Shown here: positions 41,490 to 55,583 of the stretch, in pieces | Numbering within the stretch: position 1 is the stretch's first letter | How the letters are laid out: each line of letters begins with the position of its first letter | NCBI GenBank assembly: GCA_000320545.1 | Contig: ADNK01000002.1 | Span: forward strand, 204,028-268,027 | Direction of reading: 5' to 3' | Length of the DNA stretch: 64,000 nucleotides | Source: Bigelowiella natans CCMP2755 | Taxonomy: Eukaryota; Protista; Cercozoa | Made by a program: the position numbers and the translations under genes | The notes under the pieces: model-generated | Seen by the model: only the letters and a program-made list of their open reading frames with translations | Told to the model about the DNA's origin: nothing | Database searches by the model: none

Positions 41490-42175
41490 TTGATTGATCA
41501 CATCCGTCTTGCATCTTCGCAGTCAGTTTCAGTTGTGCCTTGCTGTTTGAGGTGTGTCTTCGATCACGTCAGCACCTCAGCGTGTTGAATGTCATGTCAA
41601 GTCTGGGACATCGACGTTTCAACACGTCAACAATTTCACTTGCTAGCTTGGCCGCGCTCACCTTGACACCCCAGCTAGCCAGCACCGGAGCTCGCAAAAT
41701 TTGGATGATGAACAATGATGACAAACGGCATTTCAAAACGTTACAAAGACATTTGCAGGGTGCAAAACGCAGTGCCTCGAATGACCAACTTCAGTGAGGT
41801 CCAACTAGTGAAACCAGAAGGAATCAAGAATGGCATTCTGGCCATCGAGGAGCTTGCAGATCTCATTTTGGGACTGAGAGATCTCCTTCTAGGACCAGGG
41901 GATCTTCTTCTCCGATCCCTCGGTCCACGACGGTCACAACAATTGAACGTGAGAACGTGATCGAACCCAACATGCATTGAGTTGCATGTCACGTTGAATG
42001 AACGAAGGATTACAGTGGTGCAGTTGAAAGGATCATTGAATGTGCAACTCCATCAGTCCGCCACACCCTCCTCGATCAACAGGACCACCAATGGAAAGTT
42101 GAATTTGAGGTTCGTTTCACATCCGCTTGCCGCGCGATTGCCAAGATGGGCATGCATGCATTCAAGCCTGGCCGC
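41490..42175. pseudogene. Second TpA-depleted decayed block
   Basis: By eye 6 TA in about 690 bp (4 CTAG, 2 TTAC). It begins in a degenerate copy of the repeat seen at 61.3-62.6 kb. The minus strand has stop-interrupted protein-like text. Confidence 0.45.
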
Positions 42176-42315
42176 AAATAGATGATGGTTGTTGCGACTT
42201 AAAATCTTATGTTGTCGCATGGGCAAATTTGGATGGATTTTGTAGGTACGTCTCTCCATTGGAATTACGATGGGATTGACCACTAGCGACGTCACGCCTC
42301 TGTGCCAGACAGACC

Positions 42316-45300
42316 ATGATCACGACGACGACGACGACGATGGGAGGGGGCCTACACAAGACACGGTGAACCCTCCTTAATTACTCAATAACTTACTCGT
42401 AGTTAATCTAGAAGTATATAAAAAGGACTTTGAAAGGAGGTGTCAATGTTTGAAAGAATTTCTGTACCATAGCTGCTGCTGCCTGCCGCTGCCGCTGCGA
42501 AGTGGTTTGTTATTTTTGCTTACTTGCATGTCCCTAAAATTGTTTAACTTTTGATGTTGTCCTAGATCATCTAATCTTCCCAAAATATTGGTGGGACTTA
42601 CACTATTGGCATCGTGCGCGATCTGGTCATTGTTGTCTTCAAGCAATGAGAGAAAGCTGTCCTTGAGTAGTCGTTTTATGCCATCTGCACAACGGCTCTC
42701 TGTTGGTTCAAGAATCCATCAAAATATTCCACTGCTGTCAAAGAAGGCTTCATCCTCTCCTCAAAGATGTAAAGATCGTGTGTTTAGGAAGGTTAACACT
42801 ACAACAAACTATCTACATAGCAGTATACCCGAGACAACTCATGAGATGTTGTTTAACGACGAACTCTGCTGCTTAATTTCTTAGAATTCTTTGCGAGACC
42901 GGATTATCTCTCCTCATGCTACCCAGGTACATTATGAGAACCTTTATCCGGTCAATTTGTGTCGTGCATGAGTGTTACTGACTGTTCTCAGGAACCACAC
43001 TTTGCGCTGCTGTTCGATTGCGATGGTGTTATAGTACTAACTGAAGAGTTGCATAGGTAACAAATCAATTGCATTTCACCAGCATTCGTCACAACCTAAT
43101 GGTGTTCCATTCTCTTTGGCCTACATATTAGACTGCTCATCACGAGTCCTCCCTTTCCCTCTGTTCTAAAACAAACGACTATATCTTCTTAGAATTGCAT
43201 ATAATAAGGCCTTCCAGAAATTCAACGTTCAGGTGGAAGTTTTTGTCCGTTCGAAAATAAAGAAAGAGGCAGGAAGCGAAGAGAGAAGTGTTAAAAGAGA
43301 GAAGAGGGTGAAGTACAATTATTACCACTGTTCTAATATTTTATATTCGACATCATTATTATAAGATTGAGGGTAAAGCAGTAGATTGGAATGTGGAGCA
43401 CTATGACGTCCTCCAAAACACGGTTGTTTGTTGGTTCCTACATTCACTATTAGTTTTGGTGTTGTTATATGTCTGTATCTGCTGGGAGTTCGCATGTCGT
43501 AGTACAAATTATAGCATAATCGTCGTTCTACATTGTACCAGGTGGTGTATAAATTTGAATAAACGCTGTGTGTGGCGCAACAGTTAATTGTTGCTGCAGA
43601 GTTCATAAATGGTGGTGGTGATGATGATGATGGTAGAAGCAGCCCAAAGTGGTTCTTCTTGTTTAAACAACTATGTATACCATCGCATTTAGATTGGAGG
43701 TGGGAAACCTAAAATGAAATGGCATTTTAACAAATATGGTTGGCCGAGTTCTAGGTAGTAGTAGTAGTTGCAGCTGACCGATCATTCCATGTCTGATGCT
43801 GGTGCTGTCTTGATAATATGCTACCACTACTTACTGCTGCACTTGTGAAACCTATTCATCAGAGGACTATTCGTAATTACATACCACGCACATAAAGACA
43901 CATACACGGATAGATACAAATCCACGCCTGCACTCACACTCGATAGTTGTGTTAAAATATTAATAATTCTTCCATTATGTCGCGTATTATTATAGTCGTT
44001 TTTCCCACAACTACCTACCTAAAGTTACATCTATCATCGTCATCACCATCATCACGTATTATCTCCAATATCAACTCATCGTCTTAACTGTTTGCTCCCA
44101 CACTTCTTCTTCTTCTTTTCAAGTGTCAGTGCCACTCCTCCAAGCACAGAAGAAGCACAACAGGATTTGGTGGATAAGTTGCAGGATGCGAAGGTGGCTC
44201 GGTTCTTGCTTGTTGGATGATGTTTCTTGTGTTTGTGTCGATTCGTTGTATGGTTCAAGCAGATGATTTATATTACCGCAGATATGTTTATTTTGCTGAT
44301 AATCATCCTTTTCAACGACGCTCTTATCTCATCCCTTTACACTAGGATGAGAACTCAAAGCATTGAGCACACCATAAAAGTACTACTACTACTATTCCTA
44401 CTTCAGACTGAGTTTTACAAGGAAATTGTGGAAGAAGTAGCTACTGCTCGTCCTGGGGTATTGGAACTTATGGACGAAGCTATCAGTAAGATATAATCAC
44501 ACAACTTATCGCTATCACTGTCCTTCGACTCATGATGGCGGTGTCATGGATCTTACTTCTGCTCCTGCATTATTTTCCTCCTCGCCTTCATCATCATCTG
44601 CTGTTGTAATTTTCACAGAACATCCTAATATCGCTGTTGGTATCTGTAGTGCGTCTACAAAAGAGGGATTTGTCAAGGTGCGGCTGATTCTTGTCGTCAT
44701 CACCATTATCATTCACTTTCATCAATAGCTACAACACAGTGCCAATGATTGTTACATCATCGTCGCTGTCTGTCCGCCATCACCTCCATATAGTCTCCTC
44801 ATTCGCATGCTGCTTCGTTTATCGTATCACTTGTCCTTGTTTAGGTGGTGAACAAAGTCGTAGGGCAAGAGCGACTTAGCAATCTCGATGTGGTGATGGC
44901 TGGTGATGATGTCAAAGCTAAGAAGCCGGATCCAATGATCTACAATTTGGCACGGTGAATAGAAAGCTATTGCTGGTTGTTGCTGCTGCTGCTGCTGCTG
45001 CTGCTGCATCTGCTATACTAGTAGTGATAGTTGTGTTGCAATCATCATTATAGTGACCAAGATTATTATCATGACATAATTAAAATTAGGGAAAGAATCG
45101 GACTCTCTTCAGAAATGTGTGTCGTAGTCGAAGATAGCATTGTTGGTCTCAAAGCAGCAAAGGTACAAGAAAAGAGCACTCGCAAAGGCTTCTAGCATTG
45201 AGGATATATGTTGGTTACATACTCGTTGTCCTTATATTAGGGAGCAGGAATGAAATGTATTATTACGTACACAAGTAGTACCAAAGATCAAGACTTCAAA

Positions 45301-45611
45301 GCTGTCGGTGCAGATGTCGTATTGGAAGACCTTGGAAATGTATGCACCAGAGATATATCACTAACTTTATCTTAATTGTTTAAAAGATTTTCTTAATCCC
45401 TACCTCGACTACTTTCTCAAAAAATATTGGTGTTATTCCTTCTCACTATCTATTATTGTCTAGCATATGTATCATCCTCCTCACTATTCGGTACTTTCCT
45501 GTATTATATGAATCATATTAGGTAAATCTTGGAAAAATCTTCAAACCGATGTATGAATCAATGGAAGTACAAGGATCTCCTTCCTTATCCCTCAGAGATT
45601 CAGATAAATGA
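42316..45611 (+). CDS. CbbY-like HAD-superfamily hydrolase (At4g39970-like) with bipartite plastid-targeting leader
   Basis: ALLFDCDGVIVLTEELHR|IAYNKAFQKF, YDVLQNT|IGGGKPKMKWHFNKYGWP, ARPGVLELMDEA, GICSAST, AGDDVKAKKPDPMIY, CVVVEDSIVGLKAAK|GAGMKCIITYT. Leader: hydrophobic ILVGLTLLASCAIWSLL followed by a Ser/Arg-rich segment. First exon tentative. Confidence 0.9.
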
Positions 45612-46278
45612 CTTCGTGCTGAGCTAGGCGTGTAGATTTTAAGATACAATTGCCGCGATCCCGCCATGCGTAGAATACGAGTACAGAGGGCGCGCGGCAG
45701 CTGCCTCGTCTATTTTATTGAGACATTTCAGACTGGTATTAAAGGCCTTCATACGTCAAAATTTACAAAGTGTATGAAGAGGTCATCACAGCACATGTGC
45801 ATCGCACAGCGATCAGATACTATGTCGCTTAATACATGTAAGAGAACCAAAGCTACAGTCGGTTTACCAATTGCTGCGATGCTCAACGTGTTTGGGTGCG
45901 GGGATTCTCATGATATCCGGCCATATGCGCCGCTATAAGATGGAAGCACTCATTATCTTGCGTGACCAGCAAATGTCACGAAGACATTGATGCTTGCATG
46001 GATAGTCTTTCGAGGCACCTTCTGTACGTCGCGTAATCCCAAATAAACATTAAAATGGGGGGTTCGATCGCGGTGTGCAAATAGGCCTCACAAATGCTTG
46101 CTGTCACACGCTGCGTGGCTACTTCTTAGATTGTCTGCACGGCAGTAGGCGCATGTTAGCCACTGCGATGCATTGCACGTGTACACAATATTAAAGCTGA
46201 AGTAAATCATTTGGCACTACATGGCTAAGGGGTAGTCTGCTGGCCATTATTTAGATGTTTACGGTGCTCTATGCGGCA

Positions 46279-46881
46279 TCAGATCTGCTTTCTGCTAGCC
46301 ACATCAGCAGGCTTGGAGGAGTTAATTAAACTCATTTCACTAATTTGAGGAGAGGATGGCTGACGAAGAACTACGTGGTACTTCTCCCCGGAGCATTCTG
46401 CCACTACTAGCAACTTATGTATGTCTCGGTCATTCTCCGGTTTCTCATCCTCAATCTAAGAGCAGAGATGAAATTAGTTTCAAGATATGATTTTGATAGA
46501 TGATCAACAACAGTTAGTTATTTTACACAAACCATGATAATTTTCCATCCTTCATAACCCTTCGTAAGGCGGTCACCAGCAAGGATCTTTGAACAACCAC
46601 AATACTGCTGTCACTGTGGAGATCTTTGTTTATTAACGGTGATTCTAAATGTACCTTAAGATCCGAGTATGTGAAATCTATGGTTCCAGGGGAATACTCG
46701 ATCTTGACGATTTCGTCCGTTTCATCTTTTGGTTCTTTCACGCAACCGCAAATGTAACAAAACTGCAATACAATGATGTTCATTCACCGTCAAAACTATG
46801 ACTCCTATGCATCCTAGATTGAAAATCTTTCTTTTTATGTCACAAGATAACAGCTAAGTTAACACAGACACATTCACTATG

Positions 46882-46923
<42 letters not shown>

Positions 46924-48579
46924 TAGACACACGCATATATAGATTATGTTATATGTATGTGCCTGGAGAATACATAGTGTTAGTACGTGTGCATATTATT
47001 GAACTACCGGTAACAAGAACATACAGGAACTGTACAAAAGCGTGTTCCAGGCAACTATCCTCACAAGCCTCATACCGAAATCCCCGAGTATAATTAACAA
47101 CTATCGTATACGTTTAAACGTAAATATTACAATGAAGATAAGATTTGCAGTTTTCATTGTCTAGGAATGAAGCAAAAAAGTATATAATACATTCTACATA
47201 CGAGAAGGTGGGAAGACATTACAATGGTCATCTGAAAATCTGCGAATTCATCTTTGAGACGCCATGACAGAGTAGCCAGTATGAAGCAGCAGCCCATCTA
47301 CAGGATATATAAGAGAAACTTAGAATAGCATTATCACGATCAGTCACTGCTACTTTCATCAATATTACCAAGACTAAAAAGCCGAAAAAAAATGCAGCGA
47401 GATCCCTCGTGTGCCACACGTCGTTTTCGGCCTTGGGATCACTGCTAACTTCGCAACAACAGCATCGCCAACTTCTGGGAATTTCATATGGCCGTCTGAT
47501 ATCATCATTTTGCTCCATTTAGTATTTGACAATGACAATGACAATGACAATGACAATGATGATGGAAGTTTCATCATACCTGACGACACTACTCCTTTTG
47601 ACTACTACTTCCTTTTTCTCCATTTTCACGTCCTCTTCCTATTGAATCATCGGCAAAACAACAGTAGAATAATGCTTGAGAATCAACAGTAAGTGAGATG
47701 CGATCTCTCTGCTATTGCATTGCTATTGTTCTTGAATACTACCTTTGGAAATGGAGATATGTCATCGAATTGTAATACAGACCCAGGCATGAATGTGGAG
47801 AACTGCTTCCTTCGCGCCTTGGCAGAAGACCTAAACAACACAGTTTTGATGATTCTGTTGGAAGGACGCTGCTGCTCAGACGTTCCCTTGATAATATCAA
47901 ATTATATCATCGCTGGTACCTGAGGCCCTCGTAGACCTTTTTCAGCTTCGCACCGTTAAATCCAGGCTCCATGTCATCATCATCATCAGTAGAGTCCCCA
48001 TCTTCGTCAGCAATTTCGGAAGAAGGAAGGTCTACCATATTATTGTAAACAAAGATGCAGAGCACTTTAATTCAACACACTCATTATCATCTTCGTTGCC
48101 CACTATCAGTAGCAGCACTTTCGTTTGTCGATATAATCATTAACGGTGACATGACGATTAGCATTATTTCAATAGCTTATTACATCTTATTTTACTTAGT
48201 CTACATTCTATTTACCCATAAATTCTCGGTACTGTATTTTCCTCTCCTTCTTATCGTTATAGTTGCTGTTGCTGCCCTTATCGCCGGAGGCTAAGACACC
48301 GCCGGCAGCCACACCTAGTCGATTTAGGAGATGATATAAAGTTTTTGCTGTTTATGTGAGAGTGGGTCTTATTTTGCGAGGAGAATCTATACCTAGTGGC
48401 AAGACATTTCCTTGATTTTGTACTTCATCATCTTCATTATCATCAGCATCTACAGCTTCTTGCTCAATCACATCATCATTATCTTCTCCTTCGAAACCTA
48501 TTGCAACAAAATTATGTTACATATGCTGTTCACGAACGAATAATGTTATTGCTGTAGAATGCATTTCCCCACACACATG

Positions 48580-48615
<36 letters not shown>

Positions 48616-50116
48616 ACATGCACGCACGCACACATACACTTGAACAGGCTCGATACACACACATATTCCCAAAAATACTAAGTATCTATGTATGTATGAG
48701 TTTGTTGTAAATCCGACCGTCGCCGACATCTTGATCATCCATATCCTGCCCCTCGATGCAGCCAAGGAGCAACAGGAGAACCATCATGAAGGTACCACAC
48801 GGTCCACAGAATCCTAACATAAAACAAAAGTAAAAGATTAATAATCCGCAACACAAAGGTTCAATTCATAAACTATTAATAAATAAACTGGTCGGGATTA
48901 CATTGTTCTTCTTGCTGAAGTTATTAATAGCATATATAGGCACTATTCTGTGACTAATATCTACCATAGGAAAGGAGGTGAAAGAAAAACTGCCCAGGCA
49001 CATGGCGGTAGAAGAGCTTGGCCATAATGAAGGGAACAGGCATGGAGAAAACGATTGAAACGAGAGCTGTTGACTGTCACAAACATAAAGAAGATCATGG
49101 TTCAGAATGAAAGCTAAAGGCCATATAAAATGCGATTAAGACAAAATTATCTGTATGCTAGGTATTGATACATAATACATAGCAAACATTATTCGCAGTA
49201 GCAGTAGGTAGTTGCGGTTGTGGCAGGGACGATGATGGTAGCTATAAGAAGATACCACGGCCTTATTCAAATAAGGTAGCTTTTGCTCTTGGTTTAGTAG
49301 GAGCGCGCAACACGTGATTGAGGTTCCCAATAAAGCACCAAGTCCAATGACTCTCTTTGTCGATGTCATGTAATCACCCTGAGGCTGACAGAACAGCGAC
49401 CAAGGATTGACCCTGTAGTTGAATTATGAAGTAAAATTACTGTTAGAGGGCCGTGTTGATGAGACTGCTCTCCAATCTATTCGTCATAGCATTCGCCACT
49501 ATGCGATGATACCAAAATGTACGATGCGCTAAGCACCGACAACAATTACTCACCTCTTGAATCCCCAGCAGACCATATCACGATATTGAGGATATCCTCG
49601 CTTAGGCGAGAGCCTCAGCCTTCTGACACGGTTATAATATCTCCAGAACTTTGCATAATCCTCTGCTCGATTCCTAGTGTCTAATTTTGTTGTTATTGGG
49701 CCATAGAATCGGTCAAAACTAACCAGCGGCAAGACAAGTAATCATGACTATCTCCGCTTAGTACATAAATGATTACAATCAACAACATCACACAATTGCT
49801 ATGACAATCATAATGAGCTTCTTACGTTTGTTGTGGGAGTCGAACCATAGCGCAATAAAGATCAGAAGAAAGTAAACCACCAAGGCCACTGCTATTGACC
49901 GCATAATTGGGTTCTTTCTTGGATCGAACGTATCTTTGGTCACGTCGTCTTTGCCAATGGTATTGACGTTCACGCTTACTCCGGCATCCGAGGAGAAGGC
50001 AGTTAAATGGGTGCTAAAACACTGTATTCCACTTGTCGAGGCAGACAGAAACGTCAACCTGGTTCAGGCATAATACGATTGTTACATGAGACTTTTCCCG
50101 TACGTACTCATGCTAT

Positions 50117-50150
<34 letters not shown>

Positions 50151-53100
50151 AATCTTGCTCACCCATTGTCTTGCCACTGCTTCTGAGACTCATTCCAGTA
50201 TCTACATCGAAAACTTTGAGTGTTGACTTCCTCTTGCGTCAGCGTTTTCGGAATCTTCATGCTCACAGACACCTTAGTTTGGAGACGAAGTTATAAGATA
50301 GGACACACAGAGTAGCAGTAGTTGTAGTAGAAATAAAATTGAGGAACATTGGAAATAAATGGGGAAACTAACTACTGACAAGAGTTACATTGTGGAGCTT
50401 TTGGCCGTCCTGCTTCACTTCAATAGTGAGGATGCCACTGCTGTTAGCTTTTGAAGCGCCGGGATAAAGGGGGTCCTCCGCAGATGCCATTACGATCGTT
50501 GTGGGAGCAGTGGAAGAAGATGAAGCAGTAGATGTGCCGACTGATGAAATCGTCATCGCAGCGCCGCTACTTGATTCTAGTTTCGTCCCGTTGGTTCCAT
50601 CCTGATTCTCAGCTTTCGCTACAATTTGCACCACAGGTGTGTTGACCTCAATCTGTTTCTCTCCCGCAAAGGCATCGGACACCATCGCTTCTCCCAAGGC
50701 CAACATTTGCGTCTCGAGAGAAGAAGAAAAATTGGCAGCAGCAGCAGTGTTGTTATCAGCACTGACACCGGACGTAGAAGACACCAAGTTTCCGAGTCCT
50801 AGTCAATAAGCAAATAAGAAGCAATCAAGAAGATAACTATCATAATTTATAATGTATAGTTTAATCATTATGCATCTGAAGTCATTGGATGACAGGTGGA
50901 ATCTTCAACGTTTATGTGGATAGCACCTGTAGCAAGCGCGGTAGTAGTGCTATCATCCAAACTCTGCGTTGTTACTCCACTGAACGAAGAAATGATTTGC
51001 CCAATATTCGTGACAACCAGATCCTTTGTTTCAGCGCTAAGTTCCTCGGGTTTGGAGACATCCGTGGATGCGCTCAAAAGCTTTGCTGCCAACGAGGGAT
51101 TTTTAGAGACAAAAGATGATACAGAAGATATGAGACGTGTCCGACGAGTACGTGCTTCAGCAATGGACGCCCCAGTGCTGTCAGTATTGCGCTGCAGAGA
51201 ACTAGCAATACCAAGGATCAGCACAGCTGCCGTGTTCTCATCGCCTGGTGAATAGAATGCAATTTATCATCATAATTATCATATCTTGTGAATTACTCAT
51301 CCATCATCATGATGTCTCAGATCATCATAGCAGGGTGCGACCTTCTTGGAGCGTTTTAGTAAGGGTGCTAAGTGATGAGCTGGCGTTAAAATTTTGCTGC
51401 GGAAGTATCTGCAGGGAGAATTGAAACGAAGACTGTGCACCCAGTGCGTCATTCACACCAGCCACAATTGTTAGATTTCCGTCAGAGCTATTCGCTGGTG
51501 ACGGCAAGATAGTGTTCAAATAACTAAGACGTTGGAAATCTGACAACTGGGTAACTTGAATGGTACTCGCAACATTGTCTTGGATTTGAAAGCGATACTG
51601 TAAAGGTGTGTCTTCGTCCTCCCAAGAATCACAAGATAGCCGAAATTCCTCCGAAAGAGCAATACCTATCGAGCAGCAAAGTCATAATAAATTCCACTGG
51701 AGTGCCCAAATGTACCAGTTCATTCTTTCCTACCTTTCTCTGGAGATGCAGAGCAAGTACCGAGGGAGGGGGGTGAATTAATGACAATTCCAAGTGTCCC
51801 GAATCCCATCGAGGAAGAACTAGCATCAGTGGAGACGGAGCTTACACTTGCTTTGAAGGAATATGTCGCCCCAGGTGTGAGAACATTGGGCGCAACAACG
51901 AGCGTCTGCCCCGTTGATGTAGACGATAATATGTTGTTGCCGCTTAGAGCAAGAGACGGACTCACACTCCACTGGATAGTAACATCGCTCAGCTGGAAAT
52001 TGCTGACGCTAACTCGAAGGACGACTTTGTTAGTTGGTGCCGTTTTTGTCTCACCATCACTGGATAACCGCGTAACCTCTACAAGCGGGACGGGAACGCT
52101 ACGCGTAATAACGAGTTGAGTCGCCGTAGCTTTCCTCACAGCAGATGTGAGAACGGAGGGTTCTCCAGTTGCCTCTACCATTACTTTATACATCGACGTT
52201 GCGTTGAGGGAAGAAAAGTCTATGCTAATATTTCTCGCTGAAGAGGAAGGTTGTGATAGCTGTACCACGGTGCCGTTGGGGTGCTCTAGGCTCCATGAGT
52301 ACAATAACCCCCCAGAAGAAGACAACGATGAAGCCTACATGTGCATAAAGGTTATACGTTAGACATAACAATCATGCTCTACTTGCTGGATATAGGTAAA
52401 CGCATGAATAGAGCTACTGAAGGACATATGGGTTAGAGGAGGGAACAGTACTAAGTAGCTGTTAATTCAACTAAAACAGTCACACATTACCATGGGGTCC
52501 TCTGATGCGCTAGCATCGAAAATGTACATGTTTTGTTGCCCCTCAATTACCTAGAGAGGCAATATAAAATCACAAACCGAAAATTGAAAAATAATGTGCC
52601 GAAGTAATGATAGGAGCACACTTTGGCCTTACAACATTATTTACTGTGTTGGTGTGCACTGTGGCAGAAAAGTATAAGAATTGAATCTGTATTTGTGATT
52701 GTGATTGTCATGGGGGTAGAAGGAAAGTGTGGCTACATCTAGTATAAGAAGTGTTAGTTTTGGAGTGGTGTAGTGACATACTGAAATAACGCGAGATGAT
52801 CCCCCTTTAATGCTTGCAGTGACCGGATCCTCAACAATACTTACAACGTATGTTGCATTGACATCTCCCACAAGCACCCCTTCTGCAGCATCAAATAATG
52901 ATCCATGAAGATTAAAACCGTACGTGTGGCCCATTTTCAGAGTGTTCCCTGGAATTGAGAGCGTAAAGCCTTGGGTTCTGCTTCCAATCCGGTCATTTGT
53001 TAATATCGAAGCGTATTGGACGGCGGAGCTGGAAAGAAATGAGCTATTTCCGAATACCTACCATCAAATGAGAGTAGTTTCAACATCAACGCCGCAGTCA

Positions 53101-54929
53101 CTAATAAATACTGGCGGCTCAATGCTCACAAAACATCCTCTTTCTTCTCTCTCCAGGAGGGTGTATTCACTCCGTAAAATTGCGCCATAAAGTTTTCGGC
53201 GTGTATGATACTTGTACCTGAGTCCAGAAACCGCTTTTCGCAAGAGTTGTGGTACTGTTGCAACCTTTCAAAGATACCTACGAGGCAATATTCATCATGC
53301 TCAACCACTAATAGGAGCTGAAGATGGGAGGATTGAACCACACTGAAACATTCATTCATTCTACTCCCGATGATTCTCCTCTGTAAAAGATGATATACAA
53401 CCTTTGCATGGATCGTGAGGGGTTCACTTCTTCGAATTGAAAACACAGATGGTGAGGTTGAGTCGATTGTTGGAACCTGTAAATTGACATCGAAAGAAAA
53501 CGATGGTAAGAAACACAATAGCGTCCTCGGAACCAGTACTGGAAGTTAGAGATTGAGGAGGGGGGAGAAAAGGCAAAAATATGATGAAAGAGGAAATTAT
53601 TCTATCCAAACAATTACCTGAGATGATTTCTTTTGAAAGGCAAAAAAGGTAGTTCTACTATGCATGAGCCAGTTTGTCGCCCTTAGTGAGAGGTTATACT
53701 TATATCCATCTTGAAATGTACTCGACACTACTGACAACTCCTGGTTGCTCAGGCTGCTGTTGGTACTTATTGATCTTATTATCTCCTGCTCGTTTGCAGA
53801 GCATTCCTGCGAGTTAGCACCAGATGCACTCGTTGCTGGAATCTTGGAGACGCAAGCCCATTTGAATGAGATCGTTCGACCAGACGACCCCAACACAGTA
53901 GCGCTGATTTGGAGACTACCACATGACCCCACGGTTTCCGTCCCAGAGATGATGAGTGATAGTGGCATTGGGTTGGCAGGTGCAGTAAGTAAGACGGTGG
54001 GGGACACAACATTCTCCCCATCACTAGTCTGAATTGCTGTGGGATTGACCTCAACTGTCGCCCCTAGCGATATTGTAAACCCCTTTCCAAAGTAAATATC
54101 AAGCTGCTTTGGATTTGCCCAAACACAAACCTAAAGCATTTAGGATAACCAGCACGTAGAATTTTCTCAACAATAAGCGGTAGCAATGGGTCGATTTATT
54201 TTTTAAAATCAGCCTTTTTCGACTGGAATTTTTACTAGGAATGTGCATTAAAACTGTACAGGAGAATATCTATTTAAAAAAAATGGATAATTTTTTGTAG
54301 CGATGAAATGGATCTTCAAGATTACCAGCAAATATTATCACCACTAGCCTCTCCACAAACAAAAATACTACTTCTTATGTATTTGTGTCGGGCTACCACT
54401 GTTATTTAAACAACATAAATCAACAAAAATAGTTTCTTTTTACCGGTGCTGATCCAAAGAGAGCGAGAGTTGATGCCGAGAGCAGAGAGGAGCAGCCGCT
54501 ATCGGGGGAAGTCGTTTCTCGTGTAAACCAGCACTCGACGCGATTGAATGCATCCCCAACGCGGGCATACACCAATCCAAGGGAACTTAATGTTGGTGTT
54601 GAAGTGGGTGTTAACGTTGAGGGTGAGGCTGTTGCGGGTGAGGCTGTTGCGGGTGAGGCTGTTGCGGGTGAGGCTGTTGCGGGTGAGGCTGTTGCGGGTG
54701 AGGCTGTTGCGGGTGAGGCTGTTGCGGGTGAGGCTGTTGCGGGTGATACTGTGGGAGAGACAATGGGCGAAAAACTCTTTGGAGCCGGAGCAGGAGCACC
54801 TTTTCCAGATAGGACATGGTTAAATACTGTTTCTTGACTATTGTGGACCCTTCCAGCTCTTATTGGTGATGCTAGCATAACAGACGCGAACAAGAGAGCT
54901 GCCTTCCTCATGGAAATGGGGAGGGTCAT
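46279..54929 (-). CDS. Polycystin-1 (PKD1/REJ)-like receptor: signal peptide, SPATA stalk, REJ module, GPS, multi-TM
   Basis: REJ-type segments IFDASASEDP, LLYSWSL, LVVAPNVLTPGATYSF, INSPPSLGTCSASP, WEDEDTPLQYRF and VAGVNDALGA. GPS CRYWNESQKQWQDNG|LTFLSASTSGIQCFSTHLTAFS. About 6-7 hydrophobic segments follow; last exon IEDEKP...RKQI* ends at 46279. Confidence 0.85.
54621..54740 (-). repeat. Perfect coding tandem repeat, 8 x 15 bp, encoding (PATAS)8
   Basis: GGGTGAGGCTGTTGC repeated 8 times without mismatch on the + strand. Confidence 0.97.
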
Positions 54930-55583
54930 CTTCGATTAGCTCAGATGGCAGAGGTCACGTTATTATTTATTCTTCCCACCCTGTTAGTTCATTCAGGTAC
55001 ATGCATGTGTTGTGGCCATGTCGCAAGTTTCGAGTAAACAGAAGCGGTAACGCCTGCACATGGTATTACAAACAAAATAACTTTATTTCAGGCTTTTTAC
55101 CTATTGCGACAAGACAGATATTCGAAACATTTCTAATATGATGCGAGTTAGATCTAAAAAGACGTGTTTACTTACCGCACGAAGATGTCGCAATGAGGGA
55201 AAGCATTGAGAATGTTTCTTGGGCGATGTTGCAATTAGGTCGTAACACTGAATCTCCAGGAAACATGTGCATGTCTAAAAATAGGGGTAAACTTTCATAT
55301 CTTACAGTTGGTGAGCTGAAATGTCAAAATACATGTGCAGATCTTGACTATTTGAACAGAATTCAAGGGGACATCCATTGTTGAAAATCGATGTAAAATT
55401 TAGCAACTGCACGCAACGTAACGATATCGGCATTGGTGGTGCCAGTGTCATTATACGATAATAGTGTTGTCGCAGGAGAGAAAATGACCCTTCTTGGGTG
55501 CATTTATTGCGGGAGACTCGTAGCTTCGGCCCTCAGGTTCTCCACTGTTCCCAATCCCGACCTCTCATTCCTGGGAACAAACC

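Noticed and set aside
54621-54740. Regular short repeat array as a CRISPR
   Set aside because: No spacers; an in-frame coding repeat in a eukaryotic gene.
55193-55583. Alternative upstream start for SPT (MRESIENV.../MTLLGCIY...)
   Set aside because: That frame does not join the LCB2 exons at the 55677 donor, whereas ATG 55584 does; an upstream ORF or 5' UTR intron remains possible.
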